From positions 1-47,255 of the forward strand of contig JABANN010000252.1 of NCBI GenBank assembly GCA_013115125.1: a stretch of DNA of 47,255 bases. Direction: 5' to 3'. The notes under the pieces were generated by a model. It was not told where the DNA came from. It saw only the letters and a list, made by a program, of their open reading frames with translations, and ran no database searches. Positions within the stretch are counted from its first letter, which is position 1, and every line of letters begins with the position of its first letter. This document shows positions 35,217 through 47,255 of this stretch, piece by piece. The position numbers and the translations under genes are program-made. The stretch is from Perkinsus olseni (Eukaryota).

Positions 35217-37617
35217 ATGTTATCATGCCATCGGATACGACCCAGGCATAGCAGGCTCCTGGGGAAGTCCTTCCCGGCAGTTCGAACGCTCTTCAGCGAA
35301 GCTACTTTCGACCGGTCCTCGAGGCCCTTCGCCCCTGAGATCCTCGCTGGATTGAGGTACTATCAAACCGTATTAGATATCCACGCGAATTCCTCTTCCA
35401 AGTGAAACCAGTGCCGGGCCGCGTGGGGAGCAAATTTCCAGTCAATCACTCATGACGGAGTGCCAAAGGGAAGCTGCAGAGGTCCTTTTAGCACCCGAGG
35501 TTGACCCTGGTAGTAAAGAAACATTTGGATACTATGAAGGAATGGGTGACTATAGATAAACCCCTAGTGCCCCCTACGGACTTGATACTGACAGCAGAGA
35601 CCGGCTCTGGGAAGACGTTAGCGTGGGTGCTTCTTCCGTCTGCCTCCGGGATACTATCTACTAGGTATCTGACACCTCTAGCTTCGAGGCTGGCTCGGTA
35701 TATAACAAAAGATTCCCCGGAGGGAGTGTACCTGATGGTATTGGTACCTACACGAGAGCTTGTTCAACAGATATCCAGGGTAATGAAGAGGATGATGCTT
35801 AACTCCTCCTTCGACTGGAGGCGTTCACCAGTCGCTTGTCTGAAAGGTCACAACATCCCTGTTATCCCACCACCCCGTCCTGCGCAGTAGCTTCCTGTGT
35901 GGAGGCTACAGTATAGAAGATGACGTCGAGAGGATTGCTCTGGAGGATCGACCACATGTAGTACTGGCATGAGTGCGGCGGGCTGATTTTGGAGGGCTCT
36001 CGATCTGTAGGGTGGGCTCAGTCTTGATCGGTGTATTCTCTCATTCGTATGGTGGTCACCGATGGGATCGATAATGGCTGTAGGTGCTAGTGTGCACCCC
36101 CGGTCGACTGATATCCCATCTCTCGACCACCAGCGGCCTCTACGGCCTCCTCAAGCGCACCCTGGACCTCCTGGTCATCGATGAGTTCGACAGGATGGCC
36201 GACATGGGCTTCCTCCCACAACTCGAGTCAGTACCCTCATCACAGACCGAGCATACCCCTCCTCACTGGTCAGGCATATTTATTCGACCCTCCTAGGCAG
36301 TCGGTCAGATGTCGGCATAGTGCTGTGCTCGGCCACGATCAGCCCAGTACTGGATGGCGTCGCGAAGAGGATACTTCGCCATGGCTTCCGCCGGACTGGG
36401 GTCTGGCAGGCCTGCTCGTCCCTGCACGCGAGGGGTCACTTTTCAGACACCCTCGGCTTTGTCGGCCACCCCGGACAAGCTACGACAGGAGGTTCTGTTT
36501 TTTAATGCTGATAAATTCCAAGTAGGGTCCTGGCTGGTGGCCGATGACCTTCTGAGTGCCTCAGGAAACACTGGAGGCTGTCATCTATCGGGCGACGGTG
36601 GGCTGCGATACTGCAACGGAATGGACAGGGCGTAGAGTGCTAGTACTCTTCCCGACCGTTCGGATACTTCAACTTTTTTACGTGTTGACCAAAGCACGAC
36701 GACGACAGAAAGGCACTAAAGCGACCTTGCATGTAGTGTTAGTAGAAGTGTGAGAACACTCAGCGTTACACCTCCATGCAGGCAACTCGCATCGCAGCGC
36801 TGCACGCTCAGCTGTCGAACGAAAAACGGCGGAGCATCGCTGATGAATTCCTCTGTCCCGATAAGTACGGCTATCGTCAGTGTCCTGCTGGTGTCTTCTT
36901 GTTTTTGTTTCTGATCAGTACGTGCCATCACCACAAAGTCCTCTTCGCTACGGATGTCGCCGCCAGAGGGTTGGACTGGAGTCGCATTAGTCATGTGATT
37001 CAGGTCGTCCAGATCGACACATCTTCAATCTTGACATGACCTCTACTCAGGTTGATGTTCCGCACGCCCAGACAGAAGGGGAAGTAGTTGACCAGTATGT
37101 CCACAGGATCGGCCGAACCGCTCGAGGGGGGTCGGAAGGAGCAAGCACGCTCATGCTCCCACGGCAACTCCATCGCGATGGTCTCCCTGGTATCCTGGCA
37201 GACCATAGTCTGGAGGTCCTTGATGACGCGGAGGTGCTTGGGACTTACTTGTCGAAACTCCCTGTTGAAGAAATGGAGCCCGCCTGGATCGAACCTGGGT
37301 CCTGCCAGCTCGGCTACCGGAGTTTGATGGCATTTTATCATAGACAGTTGCAGTTGTCATGTACCCATGATTTCGATGTTCGGAAGGGGGACATCGTCAA
37401 ATGCGTGAATCAGATGGTATTCAGTACGGGGCTACTGGAGCGGCAACCAATGTTGAACCGGAAGTTCGTAGACCAGCTTGGGTTTACTGGTTTGCCGGGC
37501 ATACGTATTGGCAGCTACTACGAGAAGGCCAGAGAGGCTGAGGCTCTGCAGAACGATGGGCACGTGGAACCTCACCTGCACGAAAACGTGAGCGCCACCG
37601 CCTCCAGCCAGAATTGA
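35217..37617 (+). CDS. DEAD-box RNA helicase (DEFD variant), probably mitochondrial, Mss116-like
   Basis: Motifs AETGSGKT, VPTREL, TPGRL, IDEFDRM, SAT, ATDVAARGLD and YVHRIGRTARGG. Arg/Ser-rich N-terminus MLSCHRIRPRHSRLLGK resembles a transit peptide. Confidence 0.9.
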
Positions 37618-38133
37618 ATGCTACTGCTGTTCGACACAAAAGGAGACAGTCGATCATGTGTCGTAGCGTGAGCCACGAAGGCTCCATCGACTATTGTGAC
37701 CACTGCTGTCTACGTCTTTCATGATAGTGAGGACACCGCTGATCCCTCCCCACGGTGATGACGTGTGTTTCTGGTGGTAATTCGTTTCGAATGCTTGGTA
37801 TTGTTTTCATAGTGCCTTCAACTGGTGGGTTGTTGGATTCTTCGGACTTAATCAGCACGCATGCACATGGTTCAGTGAGAGTCAGGATGGTCCGTAGAAG
37901 GCACGACTGATGTTAACTAGTCATACTTAGCTGAGGACCGGTCTGGACATTGGCGGGTTGGAGCTGTCGAAGGGATATGCCATCGGGTATCTTAGATTTC
38001 CACACGTCGGACACGTTCATTCCTAGCACGCGTGCACACGGATCTTTCGCGTGCGTTCACGCCGCTGTTCACTTTGTGGTGTTTTGACAATTTCACACTT
38101 ACAGTAGACTGTCCCTACCGACCCTACCCTAAC

Positions 38134-38927
38134 ATGTCGAACCCTCGTGCTACCTTCAATACTACCGCCGGCAGTTTCACCGTCGAGCTCTACATGGACA
38201 AGGTGAGTCGTGCGGTACTCCCTCGCTGCTGTTGATGATTTGTTCTGTTTATTACCCAGATGCCCATTACTGCTTCCAACTTCATCGATTTGGCTAAGAG
38301 TGGCTTCTACAATGGTCTCCACTTCCATCGTGTCATCTCGGGCTTCATGATTCAGTTCGGCTGCCCCTTCTCTAAGGACCCCAGGAGCGCCAGAGCCGGT
38401 AAGCTGGAATAGCAGCATAGCCAGCGACCAATGTCACCATCACTGTTGTGTGTAGGCACTGGTGGCCCCAAGGGTAACACTAAGTTCAGCGTCCCCGGCA
38501 AGGGAGAGATCACTAGGGACATGGGCGGTAACATCCCTGATGAGTTCAGGGAGGCCGGCTGCCCCCACCTCTCCAATGAGGTACGACACAAGGCGCAGGA
38601 TAGGCCCTCCAGTGCTATGCCGCTCTTCAGGTCGGAACCCTCTCTATGGCTAACACTGGCCGTCCCAACAGCGGTGGCAGCCAGTTCTTCATCAATGTTG
38701 CACATAACGAGTTCCTTGACTTCTGGAGAAACGATCTGGCTCCCAGTCAGCATCCCGTTTTCGGCAAGATCGTTGATGGTAAGATGGCCCTTCTTCCCGG
38801 GCGAAGCCCCGCAGCTTCGTGATCAGGTATGGACGTCGTGATGAACATCTCGAAGACCCCTACCAACCACAACGACAGCCCCAAGACCCCCATTATGGTT
38901 AACTCCATCACCGTCCAGGGTGCCTAA
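38134..38927 (+). CDS. Cyclophilin-type peptidyl-prolyl cis-trans isomerase, 5 exons
   Basis: [31 protein letters not shown]...[18 protein letters not shown]...|...[21 protein letters not shown]...[14 protein letters not shown]...ITVQGA*, with four short GT-AG introns. Confidence 0.96.
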
Positions 38928-39264
38928 ATGATGACTGAAGAGCTACGTAGACGATCATGATGCGTTATCTCTATTAATGCCTTGACTGTTAATCGAGTAG
39001 GATGATGAATAACCGAGTTTGTGGTACTCATGCTGTGCCGCTGCTCTTGAGGAACTAGACTTTGCTAACTCAACCTAGTTTGGTTTCGTTTCTTCCTGGT
39101 CTGGAGTTAGTCTGCTGGGAGAGCTAGGGGGTGACTGTGACACGTCAGCGAGTAGCAGCGGTTCGGAAGGCTACTACTTCGTGGAGAGGCCGAATTTACG
39201 AAGGGTGGGCTGTGGTGGTTACACGATGAGTGCCGTAGGGTAGCGGTGTTGCGCTTGAGAATGC

Positions 39265-39315
39265 GATTGACGGCTGAGTCGCCCCTAGGCGGCGAAACCC
39301 AGCGGGGTATCTATC
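39265..39315 (+). ncRNA. Degenerate minimal type I hammerhead-ribozyme-like motif
   Basis: gattga-CGGCTGA-gtcgcc-ccta-ggcggc-GAA-accc-agcg-gggt-A-tctatc. Stems II and III and a GUA triplet are in the right places. The core differs from CUGANGA at two positions. Confidence 0.4.
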
Positions 39316-39599
39316 TGAGATACTAAGATGAGAGTACTCAGTTCAGCTGCGCGACGGGAGCAATGGGGATTTACGGAAAATAGCTGCTTTGAGAGTCTCT
39401 TGATAAGGCTCGGTCGCGGAGGATAGTTCTTCCATTGGTTGGATTGTTCTCGACTCTGTGTGTGCGAGAAGGCCTCAACCTCCCGTTATTGACGATGTGT
39501 TCGTTATCCGTAGGACCCCATCAATACTTTATATGCACCACCCGTCAACGGCTCAGCTCCAGGGGCATCACATCAGGCATGTACGCTATCAAGCATTGC

Positions 39600-42500
39600 C
39601 GCAATTCTGCTGCCGACTAGTCGAGTGTTGTAGATACCACTATCCTCCTCGATGAGGGCCAGCGAATCACCAGATCCCCACAACGTTGGGAGGTGTACTC
39701 TGAGCGATCCAGAAGTAATTTCGTTCTTCTTTCGGCGGAGTGAACCCGCGTACTCTTCCACAGAGCTCGCCGATACCGTCACACACAACGCCACACGAGT
39801 ACCTTGTCGTGAACTTTCGGAATGACTCAAGCCTCATTTGTGATGTGAGTGCCCGGCAGCTCTGTTTTACGTGGCCTTGTGGTCTCCTCGTCAGAATTTC
39901 GCGCCGATATTCCGCGAGCTCCATCACTACATGCCGGCGGACATCGGCTACAGGGTCTCTTTCACGACCATGCACTGCTTGGACAAGTGAGTTTATCGGG
40001 GTCAGTCGTTGTCGTAGTGGAATGCTTGTATCCCTCCCAGGCATGGACAACCTGGATCGGACTGGCCGATGTGCTCATGGCATTTTGTACGCCGGTACCC
40101 GTCGGTGAAGATCTTCCATATTGACACGAAGCAGCACCGCACAGATGACGTCACTGCGTACGGTGCAGTACATGGCTCAGTTCCTTCTGCTGTGCAATAT
40201 CACCACCCAACCTGTGGTCGCATGAGATGCAGCCCAACTGCCTTTTCTGTTAGTATTCCTGGCGATCTCGAGGCTTCACATCCTTCGTCAATCGCGAAGT
40301 TCATCAGCTCGTATATACGATGGCACGACCAACAAGACCACCTTCGAGGTTTTCGACCTCATCTCACGCCCGCCAATTACAAGGAGGCATCCTCGCTCCA
40401 TCCACTCGTACCGTCTCGCTCGATTCTGCCGCATGGACGTGCAATGGTGCATAGTTCTGGCTTCCTGTGCATCGCCTTGTATAGTTACTAGTTCGATTGC
40501 TCATGGGCAGTAGACCTAGGTTGAACCCAGTACGTTCTAATCATCAACATGAGTGCCCCGCGTATCTCTATCTCCCACTAGGTAGGATGAAAGGAGGATG
40601 AAAGCAAGCGCAACAGTCGCGAGCGAATCTTCATAGCAACGCCAGGCAATGCGCCCTGTCTCGCTGAATGCTCGTGACTCAAAGTCTGCCTTCTTCTCCC
40701 TCATGTTGAGAGCTGCTCTCTCGATATCGCGTGACTCAGTAACGCTAGTCGGTGTTCCCATACGGACCACGGGTGATCACGTCGAAACCAACATGGAACA
40801 GCGCATGCAGCCACGGGGCGGAAGCCAGATGTCCATCATCTCATAGAAACAGAAAGTGAACAGATGCTCATCACCAGCACGCCAGGCTCAATTACGAAAT
40901 AATGGCCTTCAGTGCGATGTCGCATCATACGGGTCAACCCTCATTCGGATACCGTGCAGCACGCTGACTCAACGATTTTAGGACCTGTGAAGGGGAAAGC
41001 CCCAACCACAACCAAGCAGAGGCGACATGCTCGAAACAGTTATTGCCCATCGATTGTTCCCTCCCACTTCGTAGGCCTTGGAGACGTCGACGCTCTCTAT
41101 TTGAACCTCCTGCGAGTGCGATTGCCTTATGGTTGCCACGGTCGTTGCTAGCCAGATTAGACGGTGCACGTCAATGCAGCCGAGCTCTTGAGCGTGGCTC
41201 CGCAGCTGTCCTTCCGCCGCGGAAGTGAGAACGCTTTCCTTCGACCGCACGATCCTCCATATGCCGTCACGTCGACGCTGTGCATCTCCTTGGCAGCCTC
41301 CTAGATCTAGTTCGAGGACGAAGTCGAAGTAACTCATAAGAGCCTGTGAGGAGAGTATCTGCTATTCAGCAGCGGAGGTGGCACCGTTCTTACTCGGGTG
41401 TCTGCCGAGCAGCGATCGAGGGTATCCGAAGATATCCAACCCCAGATGGTGCAACAACATGGGATGAAGGACTTCGAGTAGGGCGATAGGAGTGTTTGTC
41501 TGTTAAGGAATCATCCTAGAGAGCAAGACAGTGGGGTACCTCAACATGACATCATGCATCAGTGCTGCCAGGCTGCGAGTGATGCTCATGCTGTCAAGAT
41601 CGAAGAGGACGGGTCGGCCGGGCCTGTCGTGGCAAGCACCAGTTGTGATAAGGGTCTCGGCTACGGCGCTAGCTGTCAGGCGTCCACCGAGCTCACACAC
41701 GGGCTCGGTGCAGCAGGCACTGATAAGAGAGCGGGAAAATGAAGGTCCTGGTCAGGCAAAGGACCGTCCACCTGAGTATTCGCCTGAGGTGCTCCCTCGG
41801 GTGGTAGTGATTGTCTGTCTTATATACCACAACGCAATGGTGAGGACGGCAAGGACCTCCGGGACTGCGGGGTACCTTCAGTTGGATGCTTTCAAAGCTG
41901 ACAGCAGTGCCTCATCCGAATGAGTTCGTCGCAGCAACGGACCTGCCGGGCTGCAGCCATGCTCTCGCTCGGCGGCTCATCACCTAGAGGAGACCACTCC
42001 TATGCCAAAGGCGATTCCGTGTGAATATCACCGGAGCACTCTGCACGGCGATGGTGGTCCGGAACGGCTCCTCGAGGTTTGCCGGCCCTCTGTGGTGTTG
42101 CGGTGCACAAGAAGCTTGATATCAGGGCTATGATGGGCAGGTCGTTGACACCTTGAACAGACTCCTACTGCATTCACAGGCCAGTCACGACACATTGGAA
42201 TAGCGAGAAATGTGGTACTCAACCCGAGAGGAAGGGGACGAGCAAGTATGCTACCACATACCAGTCACTGCTGTCCTGTCGAGCATGGCCGCGATAGGGT
42301 CGTCAACGGTCCTTGGGTCGGGCAGTTGGATCACTCGCTCCGGGGCGGTCAGGGTTGGCACACTCAGGCAGAGTAATTCGGGTAGCCTCCACTTGGAGCG
42401 GCCACCCTGCGGTGGGCCCTCTCGAAGCGCAGGGATCTCCAGCAGCACCATGTCAAGAAGGACACCCTAGAAAGCAGCGTCCGAGAACTGAACACAGAGG

Positions 42501-44200
42501 GCTATTCAGACCTCCGTTAGCAGAGACCGATCTCTGGCCCGACGAAGGATCTCCCCGTCCAGGGTGACGAGAGCTGCAGAGGCCGAGCCACCGAGGCCGG
42601 TCAAGCCATTCTCGAGGAGAACCTCGAACTGGCGGACAGAGTATGAGTTCAGGGCATTGCAGCGATGTGAGAAGCCGCACCGTTTGTCGACACTCGACCA
42701 GCTCTTCCCTGACGGGTACTCTCTTCTTGCAGCCAGGGCACACGAGGTGGGGTAGAGCCTGCAGGGTCGAAGGACAGACCATCCCGCTTATCGATAATAA
42801 CAGGGACTGCTCGAGGAGTTAAGAAAGCAAGATTGCAAGTGTGCCGCCGAAGCTTGGCAGTTACCTCGACGATGTCCTTCCCTGGCGGGGAGAAGGCTGC
42901 GGAGGAGGCAAGCCGCTGCTGCTGCCCACAGCATGCACGGCCTGTCCTACACCACACGTAGTGATGCTCCTCTGACCTTTCACGCATCATCACACAACGG
43001 TGGAATCTTTTCGGCAGAGCACATGACCTAGCAAGGGAGGATCGAATCAACGAGGAGCATCGGAATACACCGTGCCATACTGGCAATGAGAAATACAGAA
43101 TCATTCTGCTGGCATCCTCGATAGCGACCCGACTCAAAGGCGAAAGTGAAAGGCGTATCCAAAGCTCACCCTAGCATTGGAAAGTTGAAGCCGTTCCGTG
43201 GTGTCACAGTGAGGTGGATGAGGTGATGGGCCACTTCAACTTTATCTTCCAGGATTACCCTTTGCAAGACGAAGCCGAAGCAAGTTCTGAGGTAGGTCAC
43301 CTAGGGAGGGATTGATAGTAAAACCTTGACCTCCGCACAAGACACTGTAGAAGGGGATTGAGAGACCCGGCCTTTGCAAGACACCGTCGACCTACCGTTG
43401 GGCCCCAGCCTGCCCTGAGGATGTTCCGGCACATGACAGAACACTTGAGAAGCTCTTGTATGTCGATCTCCAGCATGACTCTTAGCGGGTACGGGTCCGA
43501 CCCCGAAGCGAAACTCTCACGAAGGGACGACATCAGACCTGACTCCGACCCTGGAAGCAGCAACGGCTGCGCCCCGGTCATGCAAAGTGAGATCCGCAGG
43601 GTAGGGCCTCTGCCGGGCCTCTCCCTACCATTGTTCTCTATAATTTTCAGCATCATGAGAGCACTGCATGCTTCGGCGGGGGTGATACCCTGTATCCCTC
43701 GGGGTGCAGCAGGACCGGTGTCATCAACTCTGTCAGAAACGCCTACAGAGTGGTGGTCGATTCCCTTCTGCTGTTGCTCACCGAATGGTATCCTCTACAG
43801 GGCCCACGCCCCCCTGGAGGGGGCTAGAGGGCTTATCGGCAACCCGCCCAGTGACTGGCGGTGGTCCACTCTCTGTTCGGTCGAGGCAGCCACGAGTACC
43901 GCCGTTCGGTGGTACTCCAGTGAGAGGTGCGCCCAAGAGGGAAGCCTCTGCAGCGTAGCCGCGAGAGTCAGATGCTCCCCTTGCCCGCTTAGACGATCTT
44001 GGGACGCCACCTTCTGTACTCCTGAAAGTCGAACCGTTTTCTATGGAGATGGATGGGGCACGTAGGCGATCACGGCCCCCACGGACAGGACCAACCCTGC
44101 TTCCTCATTGTGAGTTGTGATGGGCTCCGTCGTTGCGGTCGGCTGGGCGTCTGATCGGGCGACGATCATGCCTTGCTGGAAGGGGATGGAGCTCACTTAT
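39600..44200 (-). CDS. One or more large hypothetical multi-exon genes
   Basis: Collinear minus-strand ORF blocks (43297-43656, 42453-42782, 41503-41700, 40978-41337, 40537-40770, 39667-40050) with splice-like ends. No family recognised; boundaries approximate. Confidence 0.35.
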
Positions 44201-45568
44201 CGACTGTGACACTAACTTGGTTGACTTCGGGGCGGGGGATGGCTCGTCTGATTGGTACTGGCTTTGAGTGGGAGTGCATTGAAGCTCGAGGGCCGACAGG
44301 CTTCCGAGAGAGGCGGTAGACAGGAATTGTGTTGTTCCCCTGAAAGTCCTACTTACTCTGCTAAACAGGAGGAGGTCCTTTAGAACATCAGCGAATAAGC
44401 TACTGCAGAGGCAGCAGATCTCACTGAGTTTACGTGACGAGTGGACCGCCCCTTACATCAGCTTGGATTCGCGCTGCTCCTGTGCCCTCAGGCTCATTGT
44501 TGTCTCGGTATGGGTGGTCAAAACTACTTAGCAAAGATACCAACAGAAAGGGCGTTGATGATGTCTATCATGCACAGTACCGGGGTCGGATTCTGAGGGA
44601 GAGGGTTCGCCGGTAAGCGTCTTGTCGCATTCTGCTGTGCTTCTTGGAACGTCCGTGGACAGGGACGATGGAGGCTTCTTGCTGGCCAGAGTTACTTCAC
44701 TGAGGCATAGCGAGTCCATCATGTCAGCTATCAGTGGTCACCTGAGCTGCGAGGAGCTCCTCTTCCTGTTGGGCGTTGGTATTCCCTTAGCGATGGTGAG
44801 CATAGCCCCTCTTCTGCGTCGCTTGACACCACCTATGCTGACTTGCGACATTTGAGAAGACTCGTTAGGGGGAAACACTGTTTCCTCTGTCGCACTTGGG
44901 AGCAAGTCTCTCTTCTGTTACCTCAACTGACGTTGACGGGCCGAGGGCTGACAGTGACGCCCTCAAGAAGTGCCCTTCCGCGGTTATTGACGAGCCCTGT
45001 GACCACGCCAGCCGTCCAATATCCCAATCTGCCTCATTTATTAACAACGCAATGAGCGGGTTCACGACCCGACGAGGAGTGATCTTGTGGTAACAACCTG
45101 ATCGGATAATTATCGGGATGAAAATCGAAGAAGCGGACGAAGCAAAACCCCCCAGCGGCTGGTTCCCAGCACGACTGACGCCTCTCCGGCGGCCCGTCTG
45201 CTAAGTGAAAGACAACTGACGGCCATAGCTCGGCCCGAGCAAAAAACGCATGCCCGCGGCAGCGTTGAAGCACAAGGAGTGCTCGTAGGCTCCTTCTGAA
45301 GGAGATAGACGGATACTGATAGTCGATACTTGACCTCATTGACGATGCTTCGAAGCGACCGTCAAAAATAGTGCTCATCACTGAACGAGGCCAAGAGATG
45401 ACGACCGATGAAGGGAAATACGAAGTTGAGGGACTTCCATGGTGGAGTAATCGAGCAATTTCCACCAGGCATGGATTTGCTTCGAGCTTTCACTGAGCAG
45501 CAGTATGGAAGCCACTCTGATCCATAAGCTGTAGTCCTCAGGCACGATACGGGTATAGAACAGGCAAC

Positions 45569-45946
45569 TCAAGAGCACTTATCACCCTCTTCAGTAGCAG
45601 GAATGAGGGCCTCAGTCAAGCCTGTGCATCCAAAGAGCTCATCATTACAGGAGCTGGTCACACACCCTCTGCACGAAGCAGCCAGGTTATCGAACAGGCA
45701 AGAGAAAATGCAAGACCTGATGGCGCACCATGAGTAGGCGTCGAAACAGTCAGCACACGGAGGACTGAGCCCACAACCAGATACGAGATGTGGCGGAATC
45801 TCACTGGTAAAGAAGCCGGCGTCACCGCTACATTTGTAAAAAAAGTTGGAGAATGAGGCGGTTTTGATCTTCTGCTTGTCAACATTGTTACAGGCATTAT
45901 CAGCCACCACAAGGGCGATGATCACAACGTTGACGAGAAAGTGCAT
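45569..45946 (-). CDS. Small secreted cysteine-rich protein (125 aa)
   Basis: Signal-peptide-like MHFLVNVVIIALVVA, followed by a dense Cys pattern GLSPPCADCF...WCAIRSCIFSC...SCRGCVTSSC...GCTG; single exon. Confidence 0.8.
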   Translation of the reverse strand: MHFLVNVVIIALVVADNACNNVDKQKIKTASFSNFFYKCSGDAGFFTSEIPPHLVSGCGLSPPCADCFDAYSWCAIRSCIFSCLFDNLAASCRGCVTSSCNDELFGCTGLTEALIPATEEGDKCS

Positions 45947-47183
45947 TCTCAGATTATTGGGTTCAAAGCAACTGAGGCTAAAGACAGAAATTCGGCGACA
46001 GATTCTGAAATGAGCACCACAACTCGGTTAAGTATGAACGAGACCCAGGGCAACGCAACCGGACAGTCAGGTCCTGACTCGAGGCGGGAGAGGAGAAAAA
46101 TGCTACAGCTCGATCTATAGCGTAGTTTCATCGTTTGCGCCATCCACGCGAGTTTTAGGGGCGCGGAAGTCCCCTCTTCGGAGACGATTCGACAGAATTT
46201 GCTCAGGTCTGATGGTATGCGCTAACAGCAAAGGTCCAGTTACTGATCTGCCGGCTGGTAGCTGCGACAACGGCGAGAAGTTGCCATTTTTCATGTTGAC
46301 ACTCCATGCCATGGCAATGAGACAGCGCTTCGCACGCAGGCTGAGATCAGCCCGCAACTGCAACCCGCAGCCCGCAATGAAGTTGAAGTAGGACCCGCGA
46401 GTGGATTTATCTATCCCTTCCGAAAGGATTCCCGATGATGGCGATGTAATTCAGTTACTGTACAGGTAGCTGAACCAACTGGTTCAAGAATCATACACAA
46501 CGATCCATTCCTCGACATACTGCGTGTCACTCGCGGGGGGCTGTCTACTCGTTCCCATTATCACGTGCGTATCTCTGATACATACGATACCGGTACTTAC
46601 AAAGGCCGTATGAAGGGAAAGTTGTTGATAAACTGTATGTGGTGTTGGGTTCGTAGCTCGGCTCTCATCGTGAAACAGCACAGGCCCCTCTCTTTCTCGC
46701 TCAAAAACCGCCAAACGGTCAGGCGTCATAGGTCTCAGTTGGGGAAATGACAAGTCTCTCGGTATTCATAATCCACTGTTGCAATGTCCCCTGGCCGGGT
46801 GTGCTCCACAGATGATCCGTTATGGCCCTTAACTTATGGGATATCATCCGAGCGAAGTGTCTTGGAGCAAGGAAAGGATCAGGCAACGCCGCCGCTGTTA
46901 TTCGCGAACAACTTTGTCGGTTCAGATGAGCACAATACGAGCTGATCGACTACTGGCGGCAGTCAGAGCCGAAACTCCCAACCCGAGAGCCCTGATCTCT
47001 TGGATATGCCTCGAGATGATGAGTTTGCCCCCAGTTTCGGCGCTGAAGTAGCGATGCTCGCCAAGAGTGAGATTCTCACTGTGAGAACGTCACTTTTTAT
47101 AATGGTGATTGGCCACCCCGTCTGCTGTCGTGCTGCGGCCCTTCAAGCCTCTGCTAGAAGTATGTATATGAGGCGGAACTTCG

Positions 47184-47184
47184 G

Positions 47185-47255
<71 letters not shown>
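47184..47255 (+). repeat. (GTT)24 microsatellite running to the end of the window
   Basis: Perfect trinucleotide tract. Confidence 0.98.

Noticed and set aside
37287-37300. Second tRNA T-loop-like match (ggatcgaacctggg) shared with the 22.29-kb fragment
   Set aside because: It lies inside the helicase coding exon (WIEPG) and has no acceptor stem or terminator; likely coincidence.
43358-44065. 235-aa plus-strand ORF, representative of many other 60-170 aa ORFs in the track
   Set aside because: It overlaps likely opposite-strand exons and has no recognisable motifs; such shadow ORFs are expected in GC-rich coding DNA.
47184-47255. Telomere at the window end
   Set aside because: (GTT)n is a simple microsatellite rather than a TnAGGG-type repeat; it probably caused the contig break.

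Overview
This is gene-dense eukaryotic nuclear DNA with many short (~40-55 nt) GT-AG introns. Intron style and gene content suggest an alveolate protist, most likely Perkinsus (inference; no database search was run). Recognisable intron-split genes are a RecQ helicase, a PP2C phosphatase, a BRAP2/ETP1-like RING plus UBP-zinc-finger ligase, a START-like protein, an enhancer-of-rudimentary (ERH) homolog, an SLC35F6-like transporter, a probably mitochondrial DEAD-box helicase and a cyclophilin, plus several hypothetical genes. There is a ~62-bp minisatellite spanning an assembly gap and a terminal (GTT)n tract. The most notable observation is that ORF fragments at 11.0-15.3 kb appear to form one large, probably secreted protein with six tandem copies of an unrecognised Cys-paired module and a Thr-rich mucin linker. 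Other notable signals are a degenerate minimal hammerhead-ribozyme fold at 39.27 kb, a shared ~63-bp element in the same transcriptional orientation in long introns of two unrelated genes, strongly structured long introns, and an orphan tRNA 3' half with a Pol III terminator. Exon boundaries were read by eye and are approximate unless stated.
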